Source: a virus
Taxonomy: Duplodnaviria > Caudoviricetes
IMG/VR virus record: IMGVR_UViG_3300014201_000020
Span: 1-34,178 of that record
Reading direction: 5' to 3' (one strand)
DNA: 34,178 nt
Shown here: in pieces, positions 32,308 through 34,178 of the stretch
Layout: each line of letters starts with the position of its first letter
Numbering within the stretch: position 1 is the stretch's first letter
Made by a program: the position numbers and the translations under genes
Notes under the pieces: generated by a model
Database searches by the model: none
Seen by the model: the letters and a program-made list of their open reading frames with translations, nothing else
What the model was told of the DNA's origin: nothing

Positions 32308-32612
32308 GGGTACACGATCGTGACCGAGGCAACGCCTGCATCACTCAACGCTCGGCCGCAAGGCTCGCAGATCCAGTGATGACCGAAGAGTGTGGCATGA
32401 CCACCGCGGGCATTGAGCCCCGCCTTGCTGACCGCTTCGGCCTCCGCGTGTCCGGCCTGCTGACACACAGAACCACATTTCTCGTAGCCCTCCCCCTCAG
32501 CCCTCGGGCAGACCTTCTGGGGGTTCGCGCAGTCGTTCTCGCCGACGTAGCGCGCACCGTTGATGCCGACGATGGTGCAGACCACCTGGCGCTTCGCGCA
32601 CGGTCCTCGCAT
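32304..32612 (-). CDS. Cytidine/dCMP deaminase-family Zn enzyme, 102 aa
   Basis: CAKRQV.C.IV, HAE and CEPC Zn-binding motifs, AGV near the C-terminus; ATG at 32612 rather than 32867. Confidence 0.85.
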   Translation of the reverse strand: MRGPCAKRQVVCTIVGINGARYVGENDCANPQKVCPRAEGEGYEKCGSVCQQAGHAEAEAVSKAGLNARGGHATLFGHHWICEPCGRALSDAGVASVTIVYP

Positions 32613-32616
32613 GGCC

Positions 32617-32934
32617 TTACGGCTGCAGCGTCGGTGCGGCGCGTTCGCGCTCGAGCGCCTCGGTCTTCGCCGCCTGGCCCTTCTGGTAGGGCATCCAGGT
32701 CGCGCAGTTGACCGGGTGCTCATCATCGCCCTGGTGCAGCTCAATGCCGAGGCAGATGAAGGGGTTACCGTCGTGCTTGAAGCCTGAAATGTTGATCTTC
32801 CCGTCCTTGTGGACGTAGCAGATCTGGGCGGTGTAGGGGGTCGTCTTGTCGTACTGCCCCTGGTCATACGCGGGCACGGTCGCCGGCCAGTACCACACCA
32901 CGCGCCCTATGGTGGGCTCAATCTTCGTCGCCAT
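32617..32934 (-). CDS. Conserved-looking small phage protein (PTIGRVVWY...WMPYQ)
   Basis: GGAGG 6 nt before ATG 32934; SH3-like beta pattern. Confidence 0.75.
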   Translation of the reverse strand: MATKIEPTIGRVVWYWPATVPAYDQGQYDKTTPYTAQICYVHKDGKINISGFKHDGNPFICLGIELHQGDDEHPVNCATWMPYQKGQAAKTEALERERAAPTLQP

Positions 32935-33097
32935 CGTCATCCTCCCCAGGATCGTGGATTGTCTCGGTGCACTCGTTGAAGCGCGCGCCGGGCGCGTCCT
33001 CATCGTTGTCTTCGTCTGGGTCTTCGGGCTCCCGGTCAACGCCCTGCAGGAGCTCGAGCGGCAGGATCGGCCCCCAGCAGATCCCGAAGCCGAACAT
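32918..33097 (-). CDS. Very acidic 59-aa protein (absent from ORF track)
   Basis: TGATG coupling at 33097; MFGFGICWGPILPLELLQGVDREPEDPDEDNDEDAPGARFNECTETIHDPGEDDDGDED. Confidence 0.6.
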   Translation of the reverse strand: MFGFGICWGPILPLELLQGVDREPEDPDEDNDEDAPGARFNECTETIHDPGEDDDGDED

Positions 33098-33333
33098 CAG
33101 TCATCGCCGCCGGAGGCGTGGTAGCTGTTGTAGCCGGTGCGCGGGCTGTAGGCCCGGCCGGCGTGCTTCACGTACATCTCCAGGCGGTCGGGGATGTTCG
33201 GGTTGTCCCGGTGCATCACGGTCGCGTCGAGGTCGTAGTCGCCGGTCAGCACCGGGATCTCCTGCCACGGCTTCGGGGCGCACTTGTGCGTCTCTCCCTG
33301 CCCGTGCAGCGCCATCATCTGGGCTTTGTTCAT
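33097..33333 (-). CDS. Hypothetical protein, 78 aa
   Basis: ATGA coupling; high GC3. Confidence 0.65.
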   Translation of the reverse strand: MNKAQMMALHGQGETHKCAPKPWQEIPVLTGDYDLDATVMHRDNPNIPDRLEMYVKHAGRAYSPRTGYNSYHASGGDD

Positions 33334-33728
33334 GCGTTAGGTCCCGTTGACATAGGCGCCGAGGGTACCGCCACTGGCAGCCATGCGTCCATATCTGCGA
33401 GGCTCTGATAGATCCGCCCCCACAGCTCCTGGCTGACCCGGCGCTTCTCCAGCCAGCGCTGCTGGGCTTCGAGATCAGCCTTACGCTTCTCCTCCCAGTA
33501 CCGGCGCCATCGCTCGTCGAACTCCCGACCGGCTTTGTTGCCGACCATCATCGTGTAGTGCCCGTAGAACTTGCCGTCGTTGCCCAAGCGACCGGCACAA
33601 TGGCAGATTGTGTGCTCCGGCATCGACGTCGAGGTGCCGAAGGGCAAAGTCACCGTGCGCCCACAGCTCGGGCACATCCACATGGGGACGCTCTGAAACA
33701 TCGAGTCCGGATCGACGATCGAATTCAC
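33330..33728 (-). CDS. Hypothetical Cys-containing protein, 132 aa
   Basis: GTGA coupling; CPSCG and CHC motifs then a charged helix. Confidence 0.6.
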   Translation of the reverse strand: MNSIVDPDSMFQSVPMWMCPSCGRTVTLPFGTSTSMPEHTICHCAGRLGNDGKFYGHYTMMVGNKAGREFDERWRRYWEEKRKADLEAQQRWLEKRRVSQELWGRIYQSLADMDAWLPVAVPSAPMSTGPNA

Positions 33729-33997
33729 TGCTGCCGGCTCGGAGGCGCGGCCGGTTCAGCAATATACCCAGCAGCCGGTCCGTGGGCGACCCGCGCAATC
33801 GCCTCACCTAGCATCTCGAAGAGTGGCATCACAGGCAAGTTGCTGGTCAGGTGCACGGGGCCGCCGCCATCGCACCACACGACCACGCACCCCACCTGGT
33901 TCTTCTCCCCGTACACTGACTGCATTGCCAACGCGATCGCCGCGGTGACCTCCGCTCGCTTGTCATCAGGGACGATCGGGTCTGTAGGGTTACTCAT
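33725..33997 (-). CDS. Hypothetical protein, 90 aa
   Basis: AGGAG RBS, ATGA coupling. Confidence 0.65.
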   Translation of the reverse strand: MSNPTDPIVPDDKRAEVTAAIALAMQSVYGEKNQVGCVVVWCDGGGPVHLTSNLPVMPLFEMLGEAIARVAHGPAAGYIAEPAAPPSRQQ

Positions 33998-34178
33998 GCG
34001 GCATCTCCTGGCGGTGGGCGGTCGGGTACGATCGACAGCACCGAGGCGGGCTCCTTTGGCGGCTTCTCCTCCTCGATCCGCTCGACCCAGCCCATGTACT
34101 GGCTGAAGCGGGCGACGCGGCGGCCGTCCTTCACGAAGGTCAGCACCTCCCCGTTCTCCTGCATCTCATCGGCGTCGA
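33994..34178 (-). CDS. 3' end of hypothetical protein, partial
   Basis: Open frame ...DADEMQENGEVLTFVKDGRRVARFSQYMGWVERIEEEKPPKEPASVLSIVPDRPPPGDAA-stop overlapping the next ATG. Confidence 0.6.
   Translation of the reverse strand, partial: DADEMQENGEVLTFVKDGRRVARFSQYMGWVERIEEEKPPKEPASVLSIVPDRPPPGDAA

Larger units (their letters stand above)
1..34178. mobile_element. Tailed bacteriophage (podovirus-like, P22/N4-type morphogenesis genes); packaging, structural and lysis region
   Basis: Ordered TerS-TerL-portal-scaffold-capsid-adaptor-gp10-like nozzle-ejection proteins-tail spikes-endolysin-spanins on one strand with ATGA/GTGA/TGATG overlaps. No tape measure, tail tube or sheath. No host housekeeping context. 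Confidence 0.96.

Noticed and set aside
13511-32612. DNA hypermodification pathway (C5-MTase plus 2OG oxygenase plus glycosyltransferase, TET/JBP-like)
   Set aside because: The oxygenase has AspH-type rather than TET/JBP motifs, the GT is GT9-like, and both lie far from the MTase among structural genes. Kept only as an alternative to test.
1181-34106. Many long plus-strand ORFs (e.g. 8713-10347, 14973-15932, 20419-21315, 27701-28708) and alternative-frame minus ORFs (e.g. 4195-5382, 29607-30548)
   Set aside because: They shadow well-supported genes, have low-complexity Arg/Gly/Pro or antisense-type composition and no motifs. This is expected in GC-rich DNA.
1-34178. CRISPR array, diversity-generating retroelement, tRNA, integrase/att site, intron or intein
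   Set aside because: No regularly spaced repeats, reverse transcriptase, adenine-specific repeat pair, cloverleaf or recombinase was seen. TerL, portal and capsid are uninterrupted.
1-34178. Stop-codon reassignment
   Set aside because: TAA, TAG and TGA all end genes at sensible, often coupled, boundaries and coding density is near complete under the standard code.

Overview
The window is about 34 kb of a GC-rich (roughly two-thirds GC, estimated by eye) tailed-phage genome with podovirus-type (P22/N4-like) gene content. The embedded Rz/Rz1 spanin pair indicates a Gram-negative host. Nearly all of it is one minus-strand operon of translationally coupled genes, read right to left: small hypotheticals, a Zn-dependent cytidine/dCMP deaminase, an atypical C5-cytosine methyltransferase, TerS, TerL, small ORFs including a DUF6527-like protein, portal, scaffold, major capsid, several capsid-associated paralogs, a TylF-type O-methyltransferase, a methyltransferase-GT9 glycosyltransferase fusion, head-tail adaptor, P22 gp10-like nozzle, an AspH-like 2OG-Fe(II) hydroxylase, a GNAT, three ejection proteins, a PurD-like ATP-grasp ligase, two tail spike/fibre proteins and a lysis cassette. 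It converges on a short plus-strand cluster ending in a J-domain protein. No integrase, replication genes, tRNA or CRISPR array is visible. The best candidate for an undescribed system is the set of six tailoring-enzyme domains interleaved among virion genes, read as a putative multi-step virion-protein modification pathway that includes a non-purine PurD-like ligase. Other leads are a DUF6527-like possible Ubl-deconjugating protease and several adjacent gene pairs sharing short peptides. All family assignments come from motif recognition and synteny by eye, not from database searches.
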